Positions 62,752 to 64,000 of a DNA stretch of 64,000 bases are shown one piece after another. Position numbers and translations under genes: made by a program. The stretch is from Tubulanus polymorphus (lineage: Eukaryota > Animalia > Nemertea). The DNA lies in contig NC_134030.1 of the NCBI RefSeq assembly GCF_964204645.1, positions 11,491,947 to 11,555,946 on the forward strand. The letters are read 5' to 3'. The notes below the pieces were generated by a model. That model did no database searches and was not told the origin of the DNA. It was given only the letters and a program-made list of their open reading frames with translations. Numbering within the stretch: position 1 is the first letter of the stretch; every line of letters begins with the position of its first letter.

Positions 62752-63999
62752 TTAGCCAAAAATAATAGCACTTACAACTGTAATTAAAAATAAAATAATA
62801 TGTTCAGCAGCAAAGTTAATAATGTTTCCTGCAGATTTCAATATAAAACCAACAATTGATGCAATAATTCCTGGTAATGCTGCAGCAGATTTTTTAGATA
62901 GTTCCCATAAATATTTTGCTAATTTCTTTAAACCATCTTTAACTTTATCTTGTATAGAATTATTATCATTCGGGGGTTTATCCGGTTTATTGGGAGTAGG
63001 AGTAGATTTCAAAGCATTTGATATTGCTAAACCAATTGTTGTAAATAACATAGTTACAGCTGTTAGAATTGAAAGAATTGTTATTCCTTCTAACTTAAAT
63101 AATAATTTTATTCTATCTTTTAATGATATTTCAGAATTTGGTTTTATCAATAAATCTTTAAAAATAACTTTTAATCTATTAATATTATAATCGTATGATT
63201 TTAATAATAATTTAATTTCTTCTTTCTGTACTTCTAAATTATCTTTTAAATTATTAATTTCTTTTTCTAATCGTAATTCTTTTTGCCTATACTCTATTTC
63301 ATCAATAACTTGATGATCTAAATCAGACTTTAATTGTTCTATTTCTTTATTTTTATCAGTTAATTCTTTTTCAAAAGTTCTAATTTTAAAATCTCTTATA
63401 CTTTTATCATGCGCAATTTTATCAGATGCAAGTCTTATACTTTTAATTTCTCTAATTGCTTCAACAGAAAATATATTATTTAAATCTTCTAATTCTTGAT
63501 CTGTTGCATCAATTAATCCATTCGGTAAAAGTTTTTCAATTGGAACTTTATTTGATTTAAGTTTACTAGTTTTGGAAGTTATATTCTGTTCAGAAGTTGT
63601 TTCTGTTTCTGATTTCTTTTTGATTATTTCAAATAATTCATTAATTCTTTGTTTAAATACGTCTATATCATTATCAGTTAATTCTTGTTTTATAACATCA
63701 GTTATTACATTATTATTACTAATTATTTTAATTCTATCTGGATCTAAATTACTCAAAGTTGATTTTGCTAATATTTTATTTTTATTATTTTTATGAGTGA
63801 TATCAATATAATAATCACCTTTCAAATGATAATACCATTTACCATTATTTAAAAATTTTAATTGACCTGCTAAAGGTCCAGCGTTTTCATCATTTATGTT
63901 AAATTCTGAATTTTCAATTATATGTTTTAATTTAGGTATTTTGTTTAAATTATCTAAATCTTGTTTTACTAAATCTGGGTCTAAATTTTCAGGATTCAA
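62752..63999 (-). CDS. Element-encoded coiled-coil protein with C-terminal hydrophobic helices; N-terminus beyond the window
   Basis: 415-aa open frame with a K/E-rich heptad region, then GITILSILTAVTMLFTTIGLAI, AAALPGIIASIVGFIL and HIILFLITVVSAIIFG. Confidence 0.75.
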   Translation of the reverse strand: MNPENLDPDLVKQDLDNLNKIPKLKHIIENSEFNINDENAGPLAGQLKFLNNGKWYYHLKGDYYIDITHKNNKNKILAKSTLSNLDPDRIKIISNNNVITDVIKQELTDNDIDVFKQRINELFEIIKKKSETETTSEQNITSKTSKLKSNKVPIEKLLPNGLIDATDQELEDLNNIFSVEAIREIKSIRLASDKIAHDKSIRDFKIRTFEKELTDKNKEIEQLKSDLDHQVIDEIEYRQKELRLEKEINNLKDNLEVQKEEIKLLLKSYDYNINRLKVIFKDLLIKPNSEISLKDRIKLLFKLEGITILSILTAVTMLFTTIGLAISNALKSTPTPNKPDKPPNDNNSIQDKVKDGLKKLAKYLWELSKKSAAALPGIIASIVGFILKSAGNIINFAAEHIILFLITVVSAIIFG

Positions 64000-64000
64000 T

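Larger units (their letters stand above)
49256..64000 (-). mobile_element. Decayed endogenous Polinton/Maverick-like virus element, interrupted at about 50600-58435 and running off the window end
   Basis: Very AT-rich, intronless, closely packed genes: integrase-chromodomain, packaging ATPase, capsid-like protein and small membrane proteins. No polymerase or TIR is visible in this window. Confidence 0.85.

Noticed and set aside
62822-63796. Plus-strand ORFs opposite the coiled-coil gene (also 49884-50138)
   Set aside because: Antisense shadows of AT-rich minus-strand genes.

Overview
AT-rich animal genomic DNA with GT-AG introns, probably an invertebrate (lophotrochozoan-like; this taxon guess is weak). 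Host genes, all on the + strand: a compact plakin-family gene (SH3 region plus plectin-type repeats, about 3.4-6.1 kb); an intact 8-exon SLC22 transporter (9115-14413); a small 4-exon secreted-peptide candidate (14866-15945); an M13 neprilysin/ECE-like locus (16584-32937) with two alternative N-terminal modules and a degenerate zinc site; a second, pseudogenised SLC22 copy (37401-42423); and a decayed intronless GPCR (47410-48590). From about 49.2 kb to the window end lies a decayed endogenous Polinton/Maverick-like virus element: rve integrase with chromodomain, packaging ATPase (duplicated), putative major capsid protein, and several membrane proteins. Every visible gene start in it is TAAATG, and one gene appears split by a ~7.8 kb block of satellites and MITEs. 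Four tandem minimal hammerhead-ribozyme motifs flanked by inverted repeats lie at 45355-45729. Introns and intergenic DNA hold many MITEs (including a triple-nested set), LINE and SINE remnants and minisatellites. There is no CRISPR array, rRNA or intact tRNA. All calls come from reading the sequence by eye; no searches were run.
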